From an uncultured Nitrospinaceae bacterium (GTDB taxonomy: Bacteria; UBA8248): a stretch of 28,878 nt of DNA. Numbering within the stretch: the stretch's first letter is position 1; each line of letters opens with the position of its first letter. A model generated the notes under the pieces. It did no database searches and was not told the origin of the DNA. It saw only the letters and a list, made by a program, of their open reading frames with translations. The DNA lies in the NCBI GenBank assembly GCA_964005815.1, contig CAXFSR010000005.1, positions 1 to 28,878 on the forward strand, written 5' to 3'. This document shows, in pieces, positions 18,715 to 27,930 of the stretch. The translations under genes and the position numbers were made by a program.

Positions 18715-19962
18715 ATGAACAATTCAATACTCACCAAAAGACACACTTGCAGACTTTGTGACGATCCTCGCGTAAATAACGTTTTCAAATTAAAATCCAC
18801 ACCACCTGCCAATGCTTTTAGGAAGAAAAAAGATATCCAAAAAAAACAGATCAAATATCCTCTTAATCTTTTACTCTGCGAACATTGTGGACATACTCAA
18901 CTGCAAGAGATTTTAGACCCTAAGACTCTTTTCGAGAATTATGTGTACGTCTCTGGGACTTCAATGTCATTTGTTCGTCATTTCGAAAAATATGCAAATC
19001 AAGTTATTTCAAAATATAGATTAAAAAGAAACAGTTTGATTGTTGAAATTGGAAGCAATGATGGAACTTTATTGAGGTTCTTTAAAAACAAAAAGAACAG
19101 AGTGATTGGAGTTGACCCTGCGAAAAGTATCGCAAAAATTGCAAATCAAAATGGGATAGAAACAATTCCTGCATTTTTTAATGATAAGATATCGAAAAAG
19201 ATTTTAAATCAAGAAGGATTTGCTAGTATTATTATTGCTAATAATGTATATGCTCATGTAGACGATCTCAAAAGTTTAACCATTTCTATAAGAGATCTCC
19301 TCCATAAAAATGGTGTTTTTATATTTGAAGTTTCATATCTTGTAGATGTTTATAAGAAGACTTTATTTGATACTATTTACCATGAACATCTTTCTTACCA
19401 TACGGTAAAACCCCTCATAAACTTTTTCCAATCATTAGATATGGTTCTATTTGACGTTGAAAGAATCGACACACATGGTGGTTCTATTCGTTGTCATGTT
19501 CAAAAAGATATCGGCACGAAAAAAATGAAAAAATCGGTTCAAAATATTTTGCAAATAGAGAAAAAATCTAAGATTTTTAGACCCACTACATTTCATAAAT
19601 TGTCAAAATCTATAGAATATTTGAGAAACGACTTAAATACGTTAATAAAAAACATACGAAGAAAAGGACTGAAAATAGCTGGTTTTGGTGCACCAGCAAA
19701 AGCCACAACTTTAATGCATCACTTTAATATAAGACTGCAAGATATTGAATATATTATAGATGATAGCCCATTAAAACAAGGTTTATATACACCTGGGTAC
19801 AATATACCCGTTGTAAGTTCGAAACAGTTAACGAAAGAGCCGGTTGATTTTTTATTAATTCTGGCATGGAATTTTTCCAATTCTATTATTGAAAAGCATA
19901 AAGATTTCTCTAGGGACGGCGGAAAATTTATAGTTCCTCTTCCAGAACTTAAGGTGATTTAA
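18715..19962 (+). CDS. SAM-dependent NDP-hexose C-methyltransferase (C3-methyltransferase family)
   Basis: N-terminal Zn site CRLC...CEHC, EIGSNDG SAM motif, IYHEHLSY, THGGSIR, GAPAKA and LAWNF motifs. Confidence 0.88.
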   Translation: MNNSILTKRHTCRLCDDPRVNNVFKLKSTPPANAFRKKKDIQKKQIKYPLNLLLCEHCGHTQLQEILDPKTLFENYVYVSGTSMSFVRHFEKYANQVISKYRLKRNSLIVEIGSNDGTLLRFFKNKKNRVIGVDPAKSIAKIANQNGIETIPAFFNDKISKKILNQEGFASIIIANNVYAHVDDLKSLTISIRDLLHKNGVFIFEVSYLVDVYKKTLFDTIYHEHLSYHTVKPLINFFQSLDMVLFDVERIDTHGGSIRCHVQKDIGTKKMKKSVQNILQIEKKSKIFRPTTFHKLSKSIEYLRNDLNTLIKNIRRKGLKIAGFGAPAKATTLMHHFNIRLQDIEYIIDDSPLKQGLYTPGYNIPVVSSKQLTKEPVDFLLILAWNFSNSIIEKHKDFSRDGGKFIVPLPELKVI

Positions 19963-21015
19963 TTGAATATTCAAAGAAACGAAGAAGATGCTAAAGCAAT
20001 AGTAAAACAACTAGGCGAAGATATTAAGGAATTTGAAGGAAAGACTATACTTATTACCGGCGGATTTGGCTTCTTGGGTCAAATGTTTATGCCAGTTGCA
20101 AAAATTTTAAATCACACTAATTTCACGTCACCCTGCAAGATTATTTTGATGGATAATTTCATTACATCCTCTGAATTAATAAAAAATGAATTAGATTATG
20201 ATTTTGTAGAATTTATTGAACATGACGTGATCCAGAGAATACCTATAAAACAAAAAATAGATTTCATTATCCATGCTGCAGGCATAGCCAGCCCAACTTA
20301 CTATAGAAAATACCCACTAGAAACTCTTGATGTGGCTATTCAAGGTACGAGAAATATGCTGGATATAGCAAAAGAAAATAACTCAAAATTACTTTTCTTT
20401 AGTTCTAGTGAAATTTATGGAGACCCTTATAACGATGACGTACCTACTTCTGAAGATTACAGAGGAAATGTATCCTGCTTAGGACCACGAGCTTGCTACG
20501 ATGAAAGCAAAAGACTTGGAGAAACTATTACAAGAATCTACTTTGAACAATTTGGCGTGCATTCTGTAATAGTGAGGCCATTTAATGTTTTTGGTCCTGG
20601 AATGAACAAAAATGACTACAGGGTACTACCCAATTTTGCCAGACAAATTATTGCAGGAAATAACGTAAAGGTATATGGGACCGGCAACCAAACAAGAACA
20701 TACTGCTACATAACAGATGCGGTAACAGGTTTTATAAAAGCACTTCTGAATGGAAAACCAGGAGAAGCATATAATATTGGAAATGATTCCCCTGAAATTT
20801 CCGTTATAGAATTAACGAAACACATTAGCAATGTAATTCAACAGGAAGTCAAAGTAGAATTGTCAGAATATCCTTCGAGCTACCCGCCAGATGAACCGCA
20901 AAGACGATGTCCGGATCTTACAAAATCCAGAAGAGATCTAGATTTCAATCCTACTGTAAACTTAGAAGATGGTCTTCAGAAGTTCTTTGAATGGGCAAGA
21001 ATTGCTTATAGTTAA
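19963..21015 (+). CDS. NAD-dependent epimerase/dehydratase, UDP-glucuronate decarboxylase (UXS)-like
   Basis: TGGFGFLG, HAAGIASP..Y, SSSEIYGD, RACYDESKR (YxxxK), QTRTYCY and DEPQRRCPD motifs; TTG start. Confidence 0.85.
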   Translation: MNIQRNEEDAKAIVKQLGEDIKEFEGKTILITGGFGFLGQMFMPVAKILNHTNFTSPCKIILMDNFITSSELIKNELDYDFVEFIEHDVIQRIPIKQKIDFIIHAAGIASPTYYRKYPLETLDVAIQGTRNMLDIAKENNSKLLFFSSSEIYGDPYNDDVPTSEDYRGNVSCLGPRACYDESKRLGETITRIYFEQFGVHSVIVRPFNVFGPGMNKNDYRVLPNFARQIIAGNNVKVYGTGNQTRTYCYITDAVTGFIKALLNGKPGEAYNIGNDSPEISVIELTKHISNVIQQEVKVELSEYPSSYPPDEPQRRCPDLTKSRRDLDFNPTVNLEDGLQKFFEWARIAYS

Positions 21016-21029
21016 TTTAGAGAAATTTT

Positions 21030-21950
21030 ATGAATAAAATGAGATTTGCTCTCGTTGGGGCTGGCAGATGGGGAAAAGTATATATTCAGACAATTTCTCG
21101 TTTAGCAAATATCGAGATCACAGCATTATGCACAAGCAATCCAAAGAACAAGGATTTAGTTTCTACAAATTGCCATATTTGCTCACAATGGGATGAAATT
21201 TTCACATTAAAAAATATCGACGGCTTAATTCTAGCAGTTCCACCTTCAATTCAGTTTGATATTTTATTAAAGAACTCAAATTACAAAATTCCTGTAATCC
21301 TGGAAAAACCTCTGACAATAAATGCAAAACAATCTGAAGAATTAACAATCTTGTACTCAAATAAAGAAATTATTTCTCTCATAGATCACATCTACCTTTT
21401 TCATCCTGCTTACATGGCACTGAAAGAAAATTTACATCTAATAGGACCTATAAAGAATATCGTCACAGAGGGTGGCTCTTGCGGACCCTTTCGCGAACAC
21501 ACTTCTCCACTTTGGGATTATGGACCCCACGATTTATCAATGTGTTTAGATATAACAGGAGAATATCCAACTAAGATAAAATCTAAACTCATTAGCAGCA
21601 AAAAAAACAAAAAAACATCAAAAGAAATATGGGAAGTAAATCTTCAATTTCCTAACGGTATTCATACAAAATCAACACTAGGAAATGGAATGAAAAAAAA
21701 GATAAGAACAATTGAAGTTATTGGTGAAAACGGATCTTTAATCTTCGATAATTTCGAAAAAGAAAAATTGAGGATTAAAAAGAATTCCAAATTCACAACA
21801 ATCTCAATTCCAGACATAAACAAACTCCCACTAGATATTGCGATAGAAACATTTGCAAATGCTATTAGAGGGAAGGATGATTACAGACTAGGACTTACCC
21901 TTGGATCGAATATCGTTAGGATATTAGAAAAATGTGATTTGAATAATTAA
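21030..21950 (+). CDS. Gfo/Idh/MocA family oxidoreductase
   Basis: GAGRWG, LEKP and WDYGPHD motifs. Confidence 0.88.
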   Translation: MNKMRFALVGAGRWGKVYIQTISRLANIEITALCTSNPKNKDLVSTNCHICSQWDEIFTLKNIDGLILAVPPSIQFDILLKNSNYKIPVILEKPLTINAKQSEELTILYSNKEIISLIDHIYLFHPAYMALKENLHLIGPIKNIVTEGGSCGPFREHTSPLWDYGPHDLSMCLDITGEYPTKIKSKLISSKKNKKTSKEIWEVNLQFPNGIHTKSTLGNGMKKKIRTIEVIGENGSLIFDNFEKEKLRIKKNSKFTTISIPDINKLPLDIAIETFANAIRGKDDYRLGLTLGSNIVRILEKCDLNN

Positions 21951-21989
21951 ATTTTTCGACTAAGATACATATAAAAAGGGAAAATCTTA

Positions 21990-23390
21990 ATGCAAGAACT
22001 TTGGTCGTTAGATGCTCACCAAATTTCAGAATTATTCCGAAATAAAAAAGTATCAGCTACTGAAATTTGTAATCAAACGATTCAACATATTGAAAATATC
22101 AATCCAAAATTAAATGCTATAGTTTCCAAGACATTTGACGATGCCCTTGAAACTGCTAACCAGCTAGACAAAAAAATAAAAGATGGAAAAAAGTTAGGGA
22201 CTCTTGCAGGAGTTCCTATTACAATCAAGGAAAATGCTGACCAATTAGGATGTGCTACTACAAACGGTGTTAGAATTCAAAAAGATTTAATAGCAACCAA
22301 GGACAGTCCCGTTGTAGAGAATTTAAAGAAAAGTGATGCCATTATTGTTGGGAGAACAAATACACCTCCTTTCTGCATTCATTGGTTTACCAGAAATAGT
22401 CTTCACGGCCATACGTTGAATCCACACAACAATACTATAACGCCAGGAGGATCCTCTGGAGGCGCGGCTTCTGCTACAGCATCAGGAATGGGTGCAATTG
22501 GTCACGGAACTGATATTGCTGGCTCTATTCGTTACCCTGCATATGCCTGTGGAATTCATGGACTAAGGCCAAGTTTAGGTAGGGTCCCCATGGTAAATTA
22601 TACTAGTCCTGACAATCATATAGGAGCACAGATCATGGCTGTTACTGGTCCTTTAGCTCGTTCAATCACTGATATTGAGCTTGGGCTGAATGCCATGAGC
22701 ATGGAAAATTATAGTGACCCATGGTGGTCACCAGTTCCATTATCCTTTCCAATGCCTGCAAAAAAAGTTGGTCTTGTTACAGAAATAGAAGGTCTATCCA
22801 TAGATCCTATTATAGTAGGAGAATTAAAAAGAGTCGCAAAAGCACTCGAAGAAACTGGGTGGATTGTAGAAGAAGTAAAACCACCAAACTTTCAAAAAGC
22901 GGCTAAATTTCAAGCAGTTCTATGGCTTGGTCAATTCAGAAGAACAGGCGGTGAAGCAATCAAGAAAGAGAATGACCCTGATGCTAATTTTATTTACAGC
23001 CAAATGACTAGGAGATGCTCTGAAGCAAGTCTAGACAACTTCATGGATGCCTTGCAAAATAGAGCTCCTATTGGAAGAGAATGGAATGAATTTTTTGATC
23101 AGTACCCTGTTATGCTTTGTCCAACAACAGGCGATTTGCCATTTGAAGACTTAAAAGATCTAGAATCGCCAGAGTCTTTTGATCTCGTATTTGACTCCAT
23201 GCTACCCCAAATTGCCCCACCATATTTAGGACTTCCAGGAATGTCTTTTTCCACAGGGAAAACAGAAGATAATGTACCTCTAGGTGTTCAGATGATTTCT
23301 AGAAGACATCGAGAAGATATTTTAATAGCTGCTGGGTATGACCTAGAAAAGCTCTTTCCAAAAATAAATCCTGTCTTGCCAAACTTTTAG
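21990..23390 (+). CDS. Amidase signature family protein
   Basis: GVPITIKE (catalytic Lys), GGSSGG and GTDIAGSIRYPA (Ser-cisSer-Lys triad). Confidence 0.93.
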   Translation: MQELWSLDAHQISELFRNKKVSATEICNQTIQHIENINPKLNAIVSKTFDDALETANQLDKKIKDGKKLGTLAGVPITIKENADQLGCATTNGVRIQKDLIATKDSPVVENLKKSDAIIVGRTNTPPFCIHWFTRNSLHGHTLNPHNNTITPGGSSGGAASATASGMGAIGHGTDIAGSIRYPAYACGIHGLRPSLGRVPMVNYTSPDNHIGAQIMAVTGPLARSITDIELGLNAMSMENYSDPWWSPVPLSFPMPAKKVGLVTEIEGLSIDPIIVGELKRVAKALEETGWIVEEVKPPNFQKAAKFQAVLWLGQFRRTGGEAIKKENDPDANFIYSQMTRRCSEASLDNFMDALQNRAPIGREWNEFFDQYPVMLCPTTGDLPFEDLKDLESPESFDLVFDSMLPQIAPPYLGLPGMSFSTGKTEDNVPLGVQMISRRHREDILIAAGYDLEKLFPKINPVLPNF

Positions 23391-23413
23391 AGTAACTTCA
23401 AATCTTTCATCCA

Positions 23414-23902
23414 TTAAGATTGGAGGATTTCCTGAAATAAGTTCAATGCAGATTTCGCAAAAACTTCCATATTATCCGATCTATCCCCACTGCCAGTCTC
23501 TATCGTAATGCATTTCACATCGTCTATAGAAGCAACAGCAATGCAACAGTGACCTGGTGAGTCTCCATATCGATTGCCATTAGGTCCTGATGCTCCCGAT
23601 TCAGAAATTGCGTAATCGCTTCCTAAATGTTTTTGGATAGCATATGCAAGGCGAATCGCATACTCTTCTGTAGAAGGCCGCAATCCATCAAAATAACTAT
23701 CCTCAACAGAAAGCATCTTATGCCTAGATTCATACGTGTACAGAACCCCTCCTCCTAAAAAATAAGAAGAAGCCCCAGCAACCGATAGCAAAGAAGAGGA
23801 AATCAAACCTCCTGCAGAAGTTTCTGCAACAGAAACTGTTTTCGAAGATTTTTTCAAATTCTCTCCTATAATTTCTGCGTGCTTAAATAATTCCATCTCC
23901 AT
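23414..23902 (-). CDS. CinA C-terminal/PncC-like protein
   Basis: VSVAETSAGGLI, GASSYFLGG..Y and SGASGP motifs. Confidence 0.85.
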   Translation of the reverse strand: MEMELFKHAEIIGENLKKSSKTVSVAETSAGGLISSSLLSVAGASSYFLGGGVLYTYESRHKMLSVEDSYFDGLRPSTEEYAIRLAYAIQKHLGSDYAISESGASGPNGNRYGDSPGHCCIAVASIDDVKCITIETGSGDRSDNMEVFAKSALNLFQEILQS

Positions 23903-23927
23903 CTCCTCTCATGCAAATTACTTTTTA

Positions 23928-24386
23928 TTAGGTAATATGTTTAAGAATTTCGACTACTTGCTCTGGATTTTGAGCAACAGCCATAGAAACTCCATCTATT
24001 TCTTTCAATGCATGCGTATGCTCTTCTCCATGAATTGTAATTATTGATTTTCCAAGAGCAGAAGCAACTCCTGCATCAAATGCAGCATTCCATTGCTTAT
24101 ACTTTTCGCCAAATCTTACGACAACAATATCTGAATCTTTTATTAGATTACGTATACGAATAGAGTTCATTTTTGCAGCTTTATGATCTTTCCAGAAATT
24201 TTTTTCCTCGGCTCCTAAAATATCTACTCCACAATTGTCGCTTGCATCGTGATCAATAACTGGAGAAAAAAATTCTACCGGAAGATTTTCCTGCTTTGCT
24301 CCATCTTCTATACATTCGCGCCAGTCAGTATGAATTTCTCCAGATAAATACACACGCCAGATTTTGCTATTTTTTCGCTGATTCAT
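23928..24386 (-). CDS. YtoQ family protein (nucleoside 2-deoxyribosyltransferase-like fold)
   Basis: VYLSGEIHTDWR, VVRFGEKYKQWNAAFDAG and HALKEID motifs. Confidence 0.88.
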   Translation of the reverse strand: MNQRKNSKIWRVYLSGEIHTDWRECIEDGAKQENLPVEFFSPVIDHDASDNCGVDILGAEEKNFWKDHKAAKMNSIRIRNLIKDSDIVVVRFGEKYKQWNAAFDAGVASALGKSIITIHGEEHTHALKEIDGVSMAVAQNPEQVVEILKHIT

Positions 24387-24406
24387 TCTATGTCCTTTCC
24401 TTCTAA

Positions 24407-24799
24407 TTATTTATCTTTTTCGCTTAATTCGATTCGAATATCTTCTGGGCCTCTTATAAATGCGGTCACTCTACCTCCCATACCAACTGCTGCAGGGTCA
24501 CGAATAAATTCTGCTCCCTTACTTTTCAAGGTTTTTGAAAGTTCTGTCACATCTTCTACAGAAAAAGAGAAATGATCTACGCCCATGACAGAATCAGGAT
24601 TATTTTCCCCAGGATTTTCTGATGGCCTGACACCCCTTAAGAACAATTTCGCTTCCCCTACTTTCACAATTGCATTGGGGGCACCATGAAAGTTTTCATC
24701 TAAAAATTCTAAAGAACCATCGAAAACATCCAGAAAATAATCCTTCATCTTTTCTACGTCATTACAAATAATATGCACGTGATCAAAAGACAGTTTCAA
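24407..24799 (-). CDS. VOC (glyoxalase/bleomycin resistance) family protein
   Basis: FDHVHI, DHFSFSVED and FIRGPEDIRIEL motifs; TTG start with AGGAG RBS. Confidence 0.88.
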   Translation of the reverse strand: MKLSFDHVHIICNDVEKMKDYFLDVFDGSLEFLDENFHGAPNAIVKVGEAKLFLRGVRPSENPGENNPDSVMGVDHFSFSVEDVTELSKTLKSKGAEFIRDPAAVGMGGRVTAFIRGPEDIRIELSEKDK

Positions 24800-24943
24800 T
24801 TTAAAATTCTCCTTTTAAAACTTCTGCACAATAAAAAGAAAGCTATAGTGTGTATTGGAAAAATTCAGGTAACCGTTTACATTATATAGATTAAACATAC
24901 ATGAGCAATTTTTTCAATTTAAATCCCGTAAAGGAGCATATTG

Positions 24944-25822
24944 ATGTCACAGAAACTTGGCTATATAGGCCTTGGGAAAATGGGACTTGCATTATCAAAA
25001 TCACTTTTGAAAAATGGATACGACGTATATGGATACGATATTGATCCTAAAAGACTTGAAATGCTTAAAGACATTGGAGGAAAACCGGTTTCTTCAGCAA
25101 AAGAACTCGCAGAAAACTGCAATATTGTTTTTTCTATACTCCTGAAAACTGAACATATAGAAGAAAATACATTTGGAGAAAATGGAATCACAAAAGCTGA
25201 AAACAAAAACTTTATCTTTGTTGAGATGTCCACAATGTATCCTTCTTGGCAGGCAGATTTGTCCGACCGTTTGCGCGTAGAAAATATAGAAATGCTGGAT
25301 GCACCAATATCAGGCTCTCACCCTAAAGTAGACGATAAAACAATTTCTATCATGGTAGGCGGCAAAAAAGATATCTTCGACCAAGTAGCTCCTGTCCTCG
25401 AATCTATAGCTGCCAACGTTCATTATACCGGGTTAAATGGAACCGGTGCGACGATGAAAATTGTCACTAATCTCTTCGTAAATTCAAATGCAGCATTACT
25501 CGCCGAAATGGTATTGGTTGGTGAAAAAGCAGGTTTATCCCACGACACAATGATGGAATGCCTGCGTACCGGTTCAGTTAAAGGCGCTATGCTCGAACAA
25601 ATGGCTCCCAGACTGTTTTCTAGAGACTTTGCCCCTAGAGGTGCAGTGGAAATTTTCGTAAAAGATATGGGTATGGCTATACAACTTGCTGAAGAAAATG
25701 GAATTGATCTAAAAGTAGTCAAAGCGAGCAGAGAGATGTTTCAAAAAGCAGAAAAAGCAGGATGGGGAAAAGATGATGCGAGCCGGGTAATTGAAGTGTA
25801 CGAGGGGAAAGCAGAAAATTAA
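24944..25822 (+). CDS. Beta-hydroxyacid dehydrogenase (3-hydroxyisobutyrate dehydrogenase/tartronate semialdehyde reductase family)
   Basis: GYIGLGKMG, DAPISG, MKIVTN (catalytic Lys) and KDMG motifs; AAGGAG RBS. Start is ATG 24944 or TTG 24941. Confidence 0.9.
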   Translation: MSQKLGYIGLGKMGLALSKSLLKNGYDVYGYDIDPKRLEMLKDIGGKPVSSAKELAENCNIVFSILLKTEHIEENTFGENGITKAENKNFIFVEMSTMYPSWQADLSDRLRVENIEMLDAPISGSHPKVDDKTISIMVGGKKDIFDQVAPVLESIAANVHYTGLNGTGATMKIVTNLFVNSNAALLAEMVLVGEKAGLSHDTMMECLRTGSVKGAMLEQMAPRLFSRDFAPRGAVEIFVKDMGMAIQLAEENGIDLKVVKASREMFQKAEKAGWGKDDASRVIEVYEGKAEN

Positions 25823-25824
25823 CC

Positions 25825-27234
25825 TTATATTGTCTCAACTTGTATAATTCTGCCTTTATTGTCAGTACTTCCAAAGGGATAACCAGCACAAAGAATTACT
25901 TGTTTGCCTCTATCTGCAATTTTTTCTTTGAGAATTCTTTTACGAACAGTCGGCAGTACTTTTTCAATAGATATTCTTTTCCCAATTTTCCATGGAACTA
26001 CTCCCCACGAAAGAGAGAGCTTTTGTAAAGTTTTCTGCGAAGTGCTTAGGGCAACAACCGATTGGCTTGGCCTAAACATAACAATTCTTCTTGGAGTATC
26101 TCCAGAATCTGTAGGGCTAATTATCAAAGATGCCTCTAAATCTTTTGCTAATTCCACGGTTGAACCTGCCACTGCATATGCAAGCATTTTAGATTTGCTT
26201 TTCGAGATTTTCCGTTTCTCCATATTGCTAAAATTCTTTTCTGTTGTTTTCGCAATTTTTGACATGATACTTACAACCAAAGAAGGGTTGTGTCCAACAG
26301 AAGTTTCTTCACTTAACATAATAGCGTCTGAACCATCGATAATGGCATTTGCGACATCGCTTGCTTCTGCTCTAGTAGGCCTATGAGAATCAACCATAGA
26401 AAGCAACATTTCTGTGGCAGTAATGACTGGTTTTCCGGAACGATTCGCGTAGCCGATAATTTTTTTTTGAATAAGCGGCACTTGGTCTAATTCGACTTCA
26501 ATTCCAAGATCTCCTCTAGCGACCATAACCCCGTCTGCCGATTTAATAATATCCTTGTAATTTTCAATTGCCTCAGCCTTTTCCATCTTGGCAATAATAC
26601 AAATATCTGTCTTTGCTCTTTTTAATATTTTCCTACAAAGGTCCACATCCTCCGAGGATCGAACAAAAGATAGTCCTATAAAATCTATTTTTTCCTGAAT
26701 ACACACTTTCAAATCAGCATGATCTTTTCGGGTCAATGGAGGAATGTCGAGTTTCGTATCGGGCATATTTAGGCCCTTTCCTTCTTTCAAAACGCCCCCT
26801 ATAACTACCCTACACTTCACCTGCAAATTTCCTCCCTGTATTACTTTGAGTTGCAACTTTCCATCCGAAATCATCACCTTGTCGCCAACCTTTAGCTGTG
26901 GAATAAGTTCTTTACGATTTAAAGATAATTGCTTTGCATTTCCAAGGCTGGTAGTAGCAGAAAGAACAACTGTTTTCCCTTTAACGAGTTTTGTACCCTC
27001 TTCCACTTTACCTAAACGGAATTTCGGACCTCCCAAATCTGCGAGTATCCCGACATATTTATTTAACTTAGTGGCAATTGCACGGATTTTACGAATACTT
27101 TTTATTTTTTCTTCGATGGTTCCATGAGAGAAATTCAAACGAGCAACATCCATTCCCTCTTGAATCATTTTTCGAAGAACCTTAGAACTTAGGCTAGCTG
27201 GACCAATCGTACAAACAATCTTTGTTTTTCTCAC
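25825..27234 (-). CDS. pyk: Pyruvate kinase
   Basis: RKTKIVCTIGPAS, ARLNFSHG, AKMEK, DGVMVARGDLG, PTRAEASDVANAIIDGSDAIMLSEET motifs; GTG start. Confidence 0.97.
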   Translation of the reverse strand: MRKTKIVCTIGPASLSSKVLRKMIQEGMDVARLNFSHGTIEEKIKSIRKIRAIATKLNKYVGILADLGGPKFRLGKVEEGTKLVKGKTVVLSATTSLGNAKQLSLNRKELIPQLKVGDKVMISDGKLQLKVIQGGNLQVKCRVVIGGVLKEGKGLNMPDTKLDIPPLTRKDHADLKVCIQEKIDFIGLSFVRSSEDVDLCRKILKRAKTDICIIAKMEKAEAIENYKDIIKSADGVMVARGDLGIEVELDQVPLIQKKIIGYANRSGKPVITATEMLLSMVDSHRPTRAEASDVANAIIDGSDAIMLSEETSVGHNPSLVVSIMSKIAKTTEKNFSNMEKRKISKSKSKMLAYAVAGSTVELAKDLEASLIISPTDSGDTPRRIVMFRPSQSVVALSTSQKTLQKLSLSWGVVPWKIGKRISIEKVLPTVRKRILKEKIADRGKQVILCAGYPFGSTDNKGRIIQVETI

Positions 27235-27287
27235 GAAAACTCCTAATCTGGTTGCGAACTATAGACAACAAGTTTTTTAGTGTTTTA

Positions 27288-27830
27288 CTAGATTTCCAGA
27301 TTCTTTCCATTCACAGTAACAGTACCTTCCAAAGGAACAGGCTGCACAATAAGTTTTTCAGCAAAGCATCCACCTTTTGCACACTTTATCAGATGTGCGA
27401 TTTTATCTTCATCTTCGTCTGATTCTATTTCTAAATGTGTACGGAATCCTTGATGATCTACGTTCACTGTCCCTTGAATAACCGAACCATGCAAAAGATA
27501 ATCTCCTTCCACATGACATTTACCGCTTTTGATCTTCATTTTGAGCATGTGCGCGTACCGCGCAACCTGAGTAAGTAGTCAAAACCCTATCGCTGTTGCA
27601 AGCATAGGCATAGGAGGAGAATATTTGCCTGTACCTCCAATTCTTTCTGATTCGTCTGAATAAATCGTCCAACCAGCCGACTCTCCTACCTTGAGCATAG
27701 GTTCATTTTCCACCGTTTTGGTATCTGCACGAAGTTCCATTAAAACTCCTTTTCGGGGAAGTTCTGGCTTGTCTGTAATTCTTTCCCCTGGTTCTGTTGG
27801 CGCATCGTTCCATCGAAGTGGCTTTTCCAT
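27288..27830 (-). CDS. OsmC-like selenoprotein (180 aa, Sec at residue 84 via in-frame UGA at 27579-27581)
   Basis: The 83-aa and 86-aa ORFs are in the same frame and joined by TGA plus 10 sense codons: ...GGTGKYSPPMPMLATAIGF-U-LLTQVARYAH-MLKMKIK...AKGGCFAE... The UGA sits where the first conserved OsmC Cys lies, and a SECIS-like hairpin follows. Confidence 0.88.
27546..27581 (-). promoter_or_regulatory. Bacterial SECIS-type stem-loop downstream of the in-frame UGA
   Basis: mRNA reads UGA CUACUUACUCAG GU(U)GCGCG-GUA-CGCGC AC AUG. Core hairpin 27549-27566 has a bulged U and a G-U at the start of the apical loop, 20 nt after the UGA. Confidence 0.82.
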
Positions 27831-27930
27831 AAAAATTTCTCCATAAATTATTGACTAAGAGACTATTCATTTGAAATAATTAAAAACACATTTTTCATAT
27901 TATATCATTATAAAAATAAAAGAGAGAAAA

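Noticed and set aside
27288..27830. Reading the locus as a nonsense pseudogene or as two independent small genes
   Set aside because: The stop falls exactly at the catalytic Cys position, both halves are intact and in frame, and a SECIS-like hairpin follows at the expected spacing.
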